A stretch of DNA of 64,000 nt, taken from Nemertoderma westbladi (Eukaryota > Animalia > Xenacoelomorpha). A program made the translations under genes and the position numbers. This document shows, in pieces, positions 1 to 12,348 of the stretch (positions within the stretch are counted from its first letter, which is position 1; each line of letters begins with the position of its first letter). The stretch spans positions 1 to 64,000 of the forward strand of contig JAUCBJ010000417.1 in NCBI GenBank assembly GCA_032718475.1, given 5' to 3'. The notes under the pieces were generated by a model. It made no database searches, had not been told where the DNA came from, and saw only the letters and a list, made by a program, of their open reading frames with translations.

Positions 1-101
1 AATAATAATAATATCTGTCTATGTTAATTAATTACTGAATTACCGTTACTGAATTACATTCCGGTTTCACATTTGATTACGTAACTTTTTTAAGGCAGTA
101 A

Positions 102-230
102 GGGGCTGTTCACATATTACGTAACGTCATTTTTTGACCCACCCCCCCCCCCCCCACCCCTTGTAACACATAGTAACATGTGTTTTTGACCCCCCCCCCT
201 TCCCCCCTTGTAGTAACGTAACGCTAGCTT
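102..230 (+). mobile_element. Probable left terminus of a PIF/Harbinger-like MITE (partner end not seen)
   Basis: TAA followed by GGGGCTGTTCACATATTACGTAACG and poly-C tracts, the same architecture as the complete TTA-flanked MITE at 36395-36842. No matching right TIR found. Confidence 0.4.
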
Positions 231-642
231 GTGGACAATTTTATAGTCGAAAACAGAAAGTAATTCTAGCAGTTAGCAGTTCTATTAGAGATAAATTAAT
301 TAAATATAATATGTAATAATGTGAATGAAATACAATTATTACAATATTTATAATTATTGTAATTCCTTTTATTATATTCGGAAATATTTTGTATTCAATT
401 CAATAAACATCCATTAAACTAATTATTACGAAAAATGCGTTACAATCCATTACAAATTGTAATGATTTGTAACGTATTTTCGGTAATAATTTTTGGTAAT
501 GATTGTAATACAATTACGAATTCATGGATAAAGTTTTAACAATCACACAATATTATGGGATTATTCTGGAATGAAAAAAATTGAAAAAAAAAACGAATCA
601 AGTTGATAAGTTGATAAAGGACGTGAAATGAGTCGCTACGAT

Positions 643-3600
643 CAGTTCGGCAGTGCCTATCAGGGTGGATCAATCAATGCCAGTACACAGTTCCGCAGTG
701 CCTATCAGGGTGGATCAATCAATGCCAGTACACAGTTCCGCAGTGCATATCGGGGTGGATCAATCAATGAGAGTACAAAGTTCCGCAGTGCCTATCAGGG
801 TGGATCAATCAATGTCAGTACACAGTTCCGCAGTGCATATCAGGGTGGATCAATCAATGCCAGTACACAGTTCCGCAGTGCCTATCAGGGTGGATCAATC
901 AATGCCAGTACACAGTTCCGCAGTGCCTATCAGGGTGGATCAATCAATGCCAGTACACAGTTCCGCAGTGCATATCGGGGTGGATCAATCAATGAGAGTA
1001 CAAAGTTCCGCAGTGCCTATCAGGGTGGATCAATCAATGTCAGTACACAGTTCCGCAGTGCATATCAGGGTGGATCAATCAATGCCAGTACACAGTTCCG
1101 CAGTGCCTATCAGGGTGGATCAATCAATGCCAGTACACAGTTCCGCAGTGCCTATCAGGGTGGATCAATCAATACCAGTACACAGTTCCGCAGTGCCTAT
1201 CAGGGTGGATCAATCAATGCCAGTACACAGTTCCGCAGTGCCTATCAGGGTGGATCAATCAATGCCAGTACACAGTTCCGCAGTGCCTATCAGGGTGGAT
1301 CAATCAATGCCAGTACACAGTTCCGCAGTGCCTATCAGGGTGGATCAATCAATGCCAGTACACAGTTCCGCACTGCCTATCAGGGTGGATCAATCAATGC
1401 CAGTACACAGTTCCGCACTGCCTATCAGGGTGGATCAATCAATGCCAGTACACAGATCCGCACTGCCTATCAGGGTGGATCAATCAATGCCAGTACACAG
1501 ATCCGCAGTGCATATCAGGGTGGATCAATCAATGCCAGTACACAGTTCCGCACTGCCTATCAGGGTGGATCAATCAATGCCAGTACACAGATCCGCAGTG
1601 CATATCAGGGTGGATCAATCAATGCCAGTACACAGTTCCGCAGTGCCTATCAGGGTGGATCAATCAATGCCAGTACACAGTTCCGCAGTGCCTATCAGGG
1701 TGGATCAATCAATGCCAGTACACAGTTCCGCAGTGCCTATCAGGGTGGATCAATCAATGCCAGTACACAGTTCCGCAGTGCCTATCAGGGTGGATCAATC
1801 AATGCCAGTACACAGTTCCGCAGTGCCTATCAGGGTGGATCAATCAATGCCAGTACACAGTTCCGCACTGCCTATCAGGGTGGATCAATCAATGCCAGTA
1901 CACAGTTCCGCAGTACCTCTCAGGGTGGATCAATCAATGCCAGTACACAGTTCCGCAGTGCCTATCAGGGTGGATCAATCAATGCCAGTACACAGTTCCG
2001 CAGTACCTATCAGGGTGGATCAATCAATACCAGTACACAGTTCCGCACTGCCTATCAGGGTGGATCAATCAATGCCAGTACACAGTTCCGCACTGCCTAT
2101 CAGGGTGGATCAATCAATGCCAGTACACAGTTCCGCACTGCCTATCAGGGTGGATCAATCAATGCCAGTACACAGTTCCGCACTGCCTATCAGGGTGGAT
2201 CAATCAATGCCAGTACACAGTTCCGCACTGCCTATCAGGGTGGATCAATCAATGCCAGTACACAGTTCCGCAGTGCCTATCAGGGTGGATCAATCAATGC
2301 CAGTACACAGTTCCGCAGTGCCTATCAGGGTGGATCAATCAATGCCAGTACACAGTTCCGCACTGCCTATCAGGGTGGATCAATCAATGCCAGTACACAG
2401 TTCCGCACTGCCTATCAGGGTGGATCAATCAATGCCAGTACACAGTTCCGCACTGCCTATCAGGGTGGATCAATCAATGCCAGTACACAGTTCCGCAGTG
2501 CCTATCAGGGTGGATCAATCAATGCCAGTACACAGTTCCGCAGTGCCTATCAGGGTGGATCAATCAATGCCAGTACACAGTTCCGCAGTGCCTATCAGGG
2601 TGGATCAATCAATGCCAGTACACAGTTCCGCACTGCCTATCAGGGTGGATCAATCAATGCCAGTACACAGTTCCGCACTGCCTATCAGGGTGGATCAATC
2701 AATGCCAGTACACAGTTCCGCACTGCCTATCAGGGTGGATCAATCAATGCCAGTACACAGTTCCGCAGTGCCTATCAGGGTGGATCAATCAATGCCAGTA
2801 CACAGTTCCTCAGTGCCTATCAGGGTGGATCAATCAATGCCAGTACACAGTTCCGCAGTGCCTATCAGGGTGGATCAATCGATGCCAGTACACAGTTCCG
2901 CAGTGCATATCAGGGTGGATCAATCAATGCCAGTACACAGTTCCGCAGTGCCTATCAGGGTGGACCAATCGATGCCAGTACACAGTTCCGCAGTACCTAT
3001 CAGGGTGGATCAATCAATGCCAGTACACAGTTCCGCAGTACCTATCAGGGTGGATCAATCAATGCCAGTACACAGTTCCGCAGTGCCTATCAGGGTGGAT
3101 CAATCGATGCCAGTACACAGTTCCGCAGTGCATATCAGGGTGGATCAATCAATGCCAGTACACAGTTCCGCAGTGCCTATCAGGGTGGATCAATCGATGC
3201 CAGTACACAGTTCCGCAGTACCTATCAGGGTGGATCAATCAATGCCAGTACACAGTTCCGCAGTGCCTATCAGGGTGGATCAATCGATGCCAGTACACAG
3301 TTCCGCAGTGCATATCAGGGTGGATCAATCAATGCCAGTACACAGTTCCGCAGTGCCTATCAGGGTGGATCAATCGATGCCAGTACACAGTTCCGCAGTG
3401 CCTATCAGGGTGGATCAATCGATGCTAGTATACAGTTCCGCAGTGCCTATCAGGGTGGATCAATCGATGCCAGTACACAGTTCCGCAGTGCCTATCAGGG
3501 TGGATCAATCAATGCCAGTACACAGTTCCGAAGTGCCTATCAGGGTGGATCAATCAATGCCAGTACACAGTTCCGCAGTGCCTATCAGGGTGGATCAATC

Positions 3601-5990
3601 AATGCCAGTACACAGTTCCGCAGTGCATATCAGGGTGGATCAATCAATGCCAGCACACAGTTCCGCAGTGCCTATCAGGGTGGATCAATCAATGCCAGTA
3701 CACAGTTCCGCAGTGCATATCAGGGTGGATCAATCAATGCCAGTACACAGTTCCGCAGTGCCTATCAGGGTGGATCAATCAATGCCAGTACACAGTTCCG
3801 CAGTGCCTATCAGGGTGGATCAATCAATGCCAGTACACAGTTCCGCAGTGCATATCAGGGTGGATCAATCAATGCCAGTACACAGTTCCGCAGTGCCTAT
3901 CAGGGTGGATCAATCAATGCCAGTACACAGTTCCGCAGTGCCTCTCAGGGTGGATCAATCAATGCCAGTACACAGTTCCGCAGTGCCTATCAGGGTGGAT
4001 CAATCGATGCCAGTACACAGTTCCGCAGTGCATATCAGGGTGGATCAATCAATGCCAGCACACAGTTCCGAAGTGCCTATCAGGGTGGATCAATCAATGA
4101 GAGTACAAAGTTCCGCAGTGCCTATCAGGGTGGAATAATCAATGCCAGTACACAGTTCCGCAGTGCCTATCAGGGTGGATCAATCAATGCCAGTACACAG
4201 TTCCGCACTGCCTATCAGGGTGGATCAATCAATGCCAGTACACAGTTCCGCACTGCCTATCAGGGAGGATCAATAAATGCCAGTACACAGTTCCGCACTG
4301 CCTATCAGGGTGGATCAATCAATGCCAGTACACAGTTCCGCAGTGCCTATCAGGGTGGATCAATCAATGCCAGTACACAGTTCCGCAGTGCATATCAGGG
4401 TGGATCAATCAATGCCAGTACACAGTTCCGCAGTGCCTATCAGGGTGGATCAATCAATGCCAGTACACAGTTCCGCAGTGCATATCAGGGTGGATCAATC
4501 AATGCCAGTACACAGTTCCGCAGTGCCTATCAGGGTGGATCAATCAATGCCAGTACACAGTTCCGCAGTGCCTATCAGGGTGGATCAATCAATGCCAGTA
4601 CACAGTTCCGCAGTGCCTATCAGGGTGGATCAATCAATGCCAGTACACAGTTCCGCAGTGCCTATCAGGGTGGATCAATCAATGCCAGTACACAGTTCCG
4701 CAGTGCCTATCAGGGTGGATCAATCAATGCCAGTACACAGTTCCGCAGTGCCTATCAGGGTGGATCAATCAATGCCAGTACACAGTTCCGCAGTGCATAT
4801 CAGGGTGGATCAATCAATGCCAGTACACAGTTCCGCAGTGCCTATCAGGGTGGATCAATCGATGCCAGTACACAGTTCCGCAGTGCCTATCAGGGTGGAT
4901 CAATCGATGCTAGTATACAGTTCCTCAGTGCCTATCAGGGTGGATCAATCGATGCCAGTACACAGTTCCGCAGTGCATATCAGGGTGGATCAATCAATGC
5001 CAGTACACAGTTCCGCAGTGCATATAAGGGTGGATCAATCAATGCCAGCACACAGTTCCGAAGTGCCTATCAGGGTGGATCAATCAATGCCAGTACACAG
5101 TTCCGGAGTGCATATCAGGGTGGATCAATCAATGCCAGTACACAGTTCCGCAGTGCCTATCAGGGTGGATCAATCAATGCCAGCACACAGTTCCGCAGTG
5201 CCTATCAGGGTGGATCAATCAATGCCAGTACACAGATCCGCAGTGCATATCAGGGTGGATCAATCAATGCCAGTACACAGTTCCGCAGTGCCTATCAGGG
5301 TGGATCAATCAATGCCAGTACACAGTTCCGCAGTGCCTATCAGGGTGAATCAATCAATGCCAGTACACAGTTCCGCAGTGCCTATCAGGGTGGATCAATC
5401 AATGCCAGTACACAGTTCCGCAGTGCCTATCAGGGTGGATCAATCAATGCCAGTACACAGTTCCGCAGTGCCTATCAGGGTGGATCAATCAATGCCAGTA
5501 CACAGTTCCGCAGTGCATATCAGGGTGGATCAATCAATGCCAGTACACAGTTCCGCAGTGCATATCGGGGTGGATCAATCAATGAGAGTACAAAGTTCCG
5601 CAGTGCCTATCAGGGTGGATCAATCAATGCCAGTACACAGTTCCGCAGTGCATATCAGGGTGGATCAATCAATGCCAGTACACAGTTCCGCAGTGCCTAT
5701 CAGGGTGGATCAATCAATGCCAGTACACAGTTCCGCAGTACCTATCAGGGTGGATCAATCAATGAAAGTACACAGTTCCGCAGTGCCTATCAGGGTGGAT
5801 CAATCAATGCCAGTACACAGTTCCGCAGTGCCTATCAGGGTGGATCAATCAATGCCAGTACACAGTTCCGCAGTACCTATCAGGGTGGATCAATCAATGA
5901 AAGTACACAGTTCCGCAGTGCATATCGGGGTGGATCAATCAATGAGAGTACAAAGTTCCGCAGTGCCTATCAGGGTGGATCAATCAATGC
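643..5990. repeat. 45-bp tandem satellite/minisatellite, ~119 copies
   Basis: Unit CAGTTCCGCAGTGCCTATCAGGGTGGATCAATCAATGCCAGTACA repeated without apparent indels. A few recurrent variants (AGT/ACT, GCC/GCA, AAT/GAT, GAGAGTACAAAG) occur in patches. Confidence 0.98.
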
Positions 5991-6552
5991 TGTTCTGTTC
6001 TGAACGCCCTTTATATGATATTTATATGAATAAATGAAAAAATTAATTTTGGTCCGGATTCCACTGGCTGTTTATGTACAAAAATTTTAAGAATAATAAT
6101 AGATGTACTCCTCAATTAGAATTAACTATGTCCAACTGACCAATCTGGGCAGCTGGCTGTCTGGTAATTTTAAAATATAGATTTATTCGATTGGGTTTAC
6201 CATTGTTAAGCTGTTATGATATTATTATTAATATCATAGTACAGTTTGATAGGAAGAGCCCAATCATATTTTATATATTTTGATTATTCTTCCTATTATT
6301 TTATTATTATGCTACATCAGCAGCATACCAGCGTACCTTAGGCTTAAATTACTGATTGTTTGGTTTTATATAAAAGTTCAGGGAACGATATGGCGTTGTC
6401 ATATTATTTGTATATCAGTATAGACACCAAAAGTCTTTCATATCCGTTACATAATAAATAAATAAAAATATGTCAGGTATGGAAATATGACTGTCTTTTA
6501 AAATAATTGTGTAATTAAAACAATTTAATAATTATTATATAATCCCACTTAG

Positions 6553-7290
6553 GAACACATTGCGGAGGCGCGAAGTATCCTAGACAACGAGGATGGACTG
6601 ACACCGATCCACGCGCACTTCTACGATACGAGCAGCACCTACTCGAAGATGACGGGGGACCACGCGGGGTTCTACACCGACTCGCTGCGGTACCTGGGCT
6701 GCAAGGACCTCGCCGAGATCGGAACTGAGGAACGCAAGGAACGCGCGTTCCACGTGGGACTCGCGGCCCTCCTCGCCCGGGGCATCTACAACTTCGGGGA
6801 ACTCTTAGCGCATCCGATCCTCGAGTCGCTCGTCGCAACGGAGAACCAGTGGCTCGTTGATCTTCTCTTCGCGTTTAACTCGGGGAACATTCGAAGATTC
6901 AACGAACTTCATTCCTCTTTATCGAAACAGATCGATCTAGAGAAATCCTCTGTGTTTCTAACGCAGAAGATCCGTCTGATGGCCCTCGTAGAGTTGTCCT
7001 TCACTCGCCCAGCTAACCATCGCGTTCTCACTTTCTCCGAGATCTCCGCTGTCTGCCAGGTCGCCGAAGACCACGTAGAGATACTGGTTATGCGCGCGCT
7101 GTCTCTCGGTTTAGTTAAGGGGTCTATCGATCAGGTAGACGGGAAGGTTTATATCTCGTGGGTGCAGCCGAGAGTGCTGAGCAGGGAACAGATTGGGGAG
7201 ATGAGTGCGCGGGTTGGGGAGTGGAAGACCTCGGTGGAGACCTTGGTAGACCTGCTGCACAAACAGGCAGGACAGGGGGTCCTAGGGTAG
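6553..7290 (+). CDS. PSMD13: 26S proteasome non-ATPase regulatory subunit 13 (Rpn9), terminal coding exon; upstream exons not found in the window
   Basis: Acceptor cccacttAG|GAA at 6551-6552, in frame with EHIAEARSILDNEDGLTPIHAHFYDTSS...YTDSLRYLGC, GIYNFGELLAHPILESL, and PCI-domain end VEILVMRALSLGLVKGSIDQV...WVQPRVL. Confidence 0.93.
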   Translation, partial: EHIAEARSILDNEDGLTPIHAHFYDTSSTYSKMTGDHAGFYTDSLRYLGCKDLAEIGTEERKERAFHVGLAALLARGIYNFGELLAHPILESLVATENQWLVDLLFAFNSGNIRRFNELHSSLSKQIDLEKSSVFLTQKIRLMALVELSFTRPANHRVLTFSEISAVCQVAEDHVEILVMRALSLGLVKGSIDQVDGKVYISWVQPRVLSREQIGEMSARVGEWKTSVETLVDLLHKQAGQGVLG

Positions 7291-7889
7291 TGTACACGGG
7301 TTGCTTGGATACACAAACGGGTCGGGTGGGTCTAAAAACACAGACAGTACTGGGAACAACATCCTTAAGTTAAGTTATTAATAAAATACTAACTAAAGAA
7401 GAACTAAATAGGTTCCTTAAAGTCTAAAGAATATATTAATTCTGCGTTGAGATTTACATCCAACTAACTGTTTTTGCGGCTGTTCCCTTTTCACCGCACC
7501 CAATTCTGTGCTTTTTCTAATAAAAATGTTCACAAAAGTTTCTTATTATATATTGTTCCGACAGTTTCTCGTAACAAAGTGGTTTCAGTTTCTCGCATTG
7601 CCTCTCATTTATGCGTCTCAAGTTGTTTCGTATTTTCACCGAATACGAAAGAAACTAAGTAATGCAATATAATATGCTGTTGTTAATTACATAATATCTA
7701 TCATATATTTATAATTTTTCATTGTGAATCTTCACTTAAAGTGCTTGTTATACACAACGGTACCTGTAACATTTGTTAGTGATTGCCTTATGATACATAT
7801 ACATAATAATCTATACTGACGGGACGGTATTCAATAGAACTGCCTCCCGATACTATACCAATAATGTAATTGATAGCAATTACTTAACT

Positions 7890-8075
7890 ATCGTGTTTTA
7901 TGGCCATAGAGACTGGACGTAACAGGTAAACTCAGGTTCGACACCGGCCGACTGCCAATTCTACATTGTTTTCGCGTAAACTGATATTCAAGTCGACTCA
8001 GACTGTAGATAGAGTTATAGGGGTTGTTGCTGGAGACAATCCCTCAGTCCAAATGGCTCAGTCTGTATTAATAAA
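7890..8075 (+). mobile_element. Degenerate tRNA-derived SINE-like fragment
   Basis: Pol III B-box-like GGTTCGACACC (~7935) followed by CAAGTCGACTCAG, reminiscent of metazoan SINE central domains. Recognised from memory only. Confidence 0.3.
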
Positions 8076-8838
8076 TTGCACGTATTGTGGACATTCGTGA
8101 CATTTTAATTATAATTAATATATCTAACTATGTACGATTAACCTGTATAATATTGATACAATGTAAACTCGATAGTCAATTCCATTAATAAACTCTGAAG
8201 TAACTGTAATTCCAAAACGAAGGAGGCAGTCCAATAATCAGGGGTTTTCCCGACGTATTTATCATTGCATTGGAAATGAATTTAAAAATGGTGCATATAT
8301 TTTTTTTTTTAATTCAGGGCCACTTTTAGTTTATTTAAAATTCAATATTAAAATTAATTTTGGCATAAAAACAACTCATCGATTAATAATATTAAAATGT
8401 GTTGTAAAACTTCAATATCCAAGCGATTATCAAACAACCGTTCAATAAATTAATATTTATTACTGACAATTTATTAACGCACAACCTTTAATATTTTTTT
8501 TTATTCTTGTAAAAAATGTTTCCATTTTTTATTTCGTTCGATCCTATAATGTAAACTTAAACCAGAAAGAAATAGCACCACAAATATAATACTTTTTCTA
8601 GACAGAAGTTTCATATACAGATTTTCATCTTCCATTTTTGCTAAAACTTTGGAATAAAACTACATATGTACTTGTTGCAAAGTACTTTAGTGTTCTGTTA
8701 TCTGTACTCACTATTCTCGTTCGTGTAACAAACCAAACAAAAATCACCTGGATCAGTAAAATGTTAATTACTATTAATAACGTTCTGTTTTCTGGCAGTT
8801 TATATTGGCCCAGATATAAAAATAAAAAATTAATAATA

Positions 8839-10827
8839 CTAATCAACAGCACTGAGTGGAACATCCTGGTGAACATTAGAGGCAATTCTAACATCCGCAT
8901 TATCCAGCATATAATCAACCAATGATTTAAGTATGGCGCAGTTGGATACCGTACTTGTATCGCATATAAGAGATAAATGTCTGCGAGCTCGGGTTATAGA
9001 AACGTTAATACGACGTCCATCCGACAGAAACCCAACTGCTCCATCGCTGTTGCAACGAACCAGGGACAGTATCACTACCTCCTTCTCACGACCTTGGAAA
9101 CCATCAACTGTTTGAATATCCAACTCAGGAAACTTGTCTGCAAGTTTACTCGTTAGCATAGAAACCTGTAGATTATAGGGAGTTATTATAGCGATATCAT
9201 TAGGATTAACATTAGCTTGCACAAGAGATTCCACATGACTAGCTACTAAATTAATTTCTCCCGGATTGCCGAAAGAAAGTGTCTCACTGCATTGTATTTC
9301 CTGTGTACCACATCCCGCAGTGTCTATGAGAAGTAAAGGTGTTCGTGTGTCTGCTGTATCGATAACACCTGGGATGTGAGACAATAAATGCGATCCCACA
9401 CTCCTGTGGGCTTCTAACTTGTTATCATAGAATTTGTGTGAAGGCCACTTCATAATCAACTCATTCATCCGATACTGAGTGGTTAACATCCTGCTAATAT
9501 TCGGGTGCATCTCCAATAGCCTCTGCATCAACGTGGTACCGAGGCCCTGACTACGGGCGTCCGCACTCATTATAGTTGGGGCTAGTTGCTGATGGTCCCC
9601 TGCTAACACGCAGCGTGTTGTCCCACTCAGTGGGATCCAACATCCAACCTCTAAGGCCTGAGCGCACCCATCTATAACAACAACGTCGAAGTGATCATCT
9701 GGAAGGACCTTCAGAGGACCTTCGCGCGAAGAACCAGACAAAGTCGCCAAAACTACATCCGCGTCGCATAAAGTTTCGTAAACCAAATGTTTATTGCGCT
9801 GATCTATTTTATTTTTTAACGATCTCAAAAAAACATTTTCACTTTTCAGTTTCGTTGCTTTTTTACGTTTTAGTTTTACTCCTGACAATAATCTCGAATT
9901 ACGACGGAGCATTTTTTCGACTTCCGTCGCCTGAAACACAAATGATTCAGAAATTTGAGAGACCATAGCCTCGAAGCAAACGCCGAGGTTAGCGGGAGAA
10001 ACCCTAGCAGGGTGGCCCATGCGGATAATACGAACTCCGCATTCATTCAACATCTCCGCAATATTGTCAACAGCAACATTGGACGGGGCACAAGCTAACA
10101 CTTTATTCCCCCTGTCAACTTCCTGACGAATGAGTTCAATAATCGTAGTAGTTTTCCCAGTCCCAGGCGGGCCATGAATAATGGAAGCCTCTTTTTGGTT
10201 CAATGCAAATGCCACTGCATCTTTCTGGCTTTTATTGAGCAATGCGTTCCAGAAATTTATCTCATTATAATCATCAATGTCCAGAGAAAAAGCTGAGGGT
10301 TGTAAAATTCCAAAGCAAACCTTAGCCAGCTCAGACCCAGGAACTATGGCTGAGCCATCTGATATATTGATCATATGATTGGCACTACCCACTAATCTCT
10401 TATGAGTAACATCGTTTGATATCTTTACAAGTTGAAAACAAGTATCATAAGTTTCCAAATCATTTGATATTCCATCCAACACTAATGTTATTTCAGTTTG
10501 TGATCTACTGTACACAACCCCTGTGGATATGTGGCTTTCAATAGATCCACCAGATATACCGACCCCTATAATATCACCATGGCGGATTGAATGTGGAGGT
10601 AGATTACCACTGTCATCATTCCACGCCAATTCAGTCCTCCCGAATGTAACTATTTTCCTTCCAAATAGCCCGATAAACGAAGACGTCATTACAAGTTCTG
10701 ATATACAAATACCCCTTTGTTCCAACTGCTCCAAGGAACATTGACTCAATAGCGCAGTATGATGTTCAATTTCAGCAACTCGTTCCATGTCTAGTAATAA
10801 CTTCGTTTTGTGAAAAAATTGTACCAT
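8839..10827 (-). CDS. IGHMBP2: IGHMBP2/SMUBP-2-like Upf1-family (SF1B) helicase, intronless, helicase core only
   Basis: First ATG at 10827 (the track ORF starts at TTG). N-terminus FFHKTKLLLDMERVAEIE...LEQRGICI...GLFGR aligns with the SMUBP-2 start. Motifs LNKSQKDAV, IIHGPPGTGKT, CAPSNVAVDN, LAGDHQQL, QYRMN, TVDGFQGREKE, RRINVSITRARR. Walker B reads IDGCAQ. No R3H or AN1 domain. Confidence 0.88.
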   Translation of the reverse strand: MVQFFHKTKLLLDMERVAEIEHHTALLSQCSLEQLEQRGICISELVMTSSFIGLFGRKIVTFGRTELAWNDDSGNLPPHSIRHGDIIGVGISGGSIESHISTGVVYSRSQTEITLVLDGISNDLETYDTCFQLVKISNDVTHKRLVGSANHMINISDGSAIVPGSELAKVCFGILQPSAFSLDIDDYNEINFWNALLNKSQKDAVAFALNQKEASIIHGPPGTGKTTTIIELIRQEVDRGNKVLACAPSNVAVDNIAEMLNECGVRIIRMGHPARVSPANLGVCFEAMVSQISESFVFQATEVEKMLRRNSRLLSGVKLKRKKATKLKSENVFLRSLKNKIDQRNKHLVYETLCDADVVLATLSGSSREGPLKVLPDDHFDVVVIDGCAQALEVGCWIPLSGTTRCVLAGDHQQLAPTIMSADARSQGLGTTLMQRLLEMHPNISRMLTTQYRMNELIMKWPSHKFYDNKLEAHRSVGSHLLSHIPGVIDTADTRTPLLLIDTAGCGTQEIQCSETLSFGNPGEINLVASHVESLVQANVNPNDIAIITPYNLQVSMLTSKLADKFPELDIQTVDGFQGREKEVVILSLVRCNSDGAVGFLSDGRRINVSITRARRHLSLICDTSTVSNCAILKSLVDYMLDNADVRIASNVHQDVPLSAVD

Positions 10828-11641
10828 ATCTGGCGTATTGCGGACAGCATCGCCGGGTGGATTAACGAATTCTCTCGTCGTGTTTCCGACTAGAGTTGCG
10901 GTTGTGAAACTCTTGCAGGGGGCGATGTATTCGCATCCACGAATACGTAGGAATCTTGGAAACACTGCGGTATACCTCAATATCGCTGTACTTTCATAAA
11001 AGTTTATTAGAGGTTATAAATTAGCCTATAAAAGGAATGAGCGATTAATTAAGCCAACCGCTGAACCGGAGTATGAGTCATGGAATCGCGATTACTCTTC
11101 GAACACAGGACTATTCGTGTGACTTACCTGTAGCCACACATCGTCATTAGATTAGAGCCTCATGATGTCAGCTTGTCAGGCAAACAGGGTTCTGACATTA
11201 CGAACGGTACGTGGCCTACTTAATTTTACTACCGGTCAGGTACCTGTAATATCGTAATACATGTAATATGACCTAACTTATCTCCTGACTTATGCGCAAT
11301 AGGATTCAATTTGAATTTCCCTCTCAAGACTTACGAGTCCTACTAAACTGAATTCCTTGATCATAATGGGGAAATTATTAAATAATGCTGTTTATTGTAT
11401 GAAATTTATATATAGGATTATTATACAGAAAGTGCGTATTGCCGTGACATTATACTATATACGACTCTATAACACGTTATATAACATATTATACAGTACT
11501 AGTTGGTTCACCATTTGTAACTCTTGGGATATGAAATAGCAATCTGAAACAGCTATTATAAGCAACCTTTTATCATGAACATATTCTGAATAGTTACGCT
11601 TAGACCAAAGAGAATTACAGTACACTGTAACCCTATACACT

Positions 11642-12348
11642 GTCAGGTCAGGTATTCTAGGTCATTGATCAAGAAAACTTGCCACCTCCGTGCAGCATAA
11701 AGGAGGTGCCACCTGTAGCTGCATAGACCCTCTTACTAGGGCAAATCTGGTCCTGTAACTAGGACGCCCTTCGTTCTGGGATAAGGACGCCCTTGGTCCT
11801 GGATTAAGGACCCATATACTTGGCTGCAGGGGTATATGGCCTGGCCAGGCAGATGGTGATCTACCAATGGCTGGTCAGGAGTAGAGTGTTCTCATGTCCA
11901 CTCTGAGTGCACTTCACTGCGACTTGCACCTGGCAGCAGGGGTACAGGGCATGACCCAGCAGATGAGCTGCACAGCCAATGGTGGGTCATGTGCGCGAGA
12001 GTAGATATGGGTGATGGGCCTCATATCTGACTCCACTGCGACACCCACCCTGTGGAATGGCAAACCAGGGTGTGGTATTTGCCCCGAGAGCTGACTCGGC
12101 AAAAAAGCACCCCCCAACCCCCACTATGGATTACATTAGTAATGCGGAGGTCCAGCCACTAGAGGCCAGTGGAATGACTGGACACAATCGGCCTCACAGG
12201 CGTCAGATATCTCCTGACCGGCTGCCTGTCTCACCCCCTACTGGAGAGAGAGAGCGGCAAACAATTCTTTGAGTCTCTTTCCTGATGACCTTTCTGACCC
12301 AAACCCTGGGTCACCAGGGAGGCCAGATTGTGAGGGGGAGAGGGATTC
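11642..12348 (+). mobile_element. RTE-like non-LTR retrotransposon family A, 5' UTR portion (interrupted by LTR element 1)
   Basis: Begins GTCAGGTCAGG, highly similar to 45476-46180, and continues seamlessly at 24593 into an APE endonuclease region. Confidence 0.85.

Noticed and set aside
653-6037. Long frame-2 ORFs (MPVHSSAVPIRVDQS)n, and a CRISPR-like reading of the array
   Set aside because: By-product of a stop-free 45-bp unit. No unique spacers and a eukaryotic context.
10828-10980. 51-aa N-terminal extension of the helicase ORF
   Set aside because: Starts at TTG. Homology begins at the ATG at 10827.
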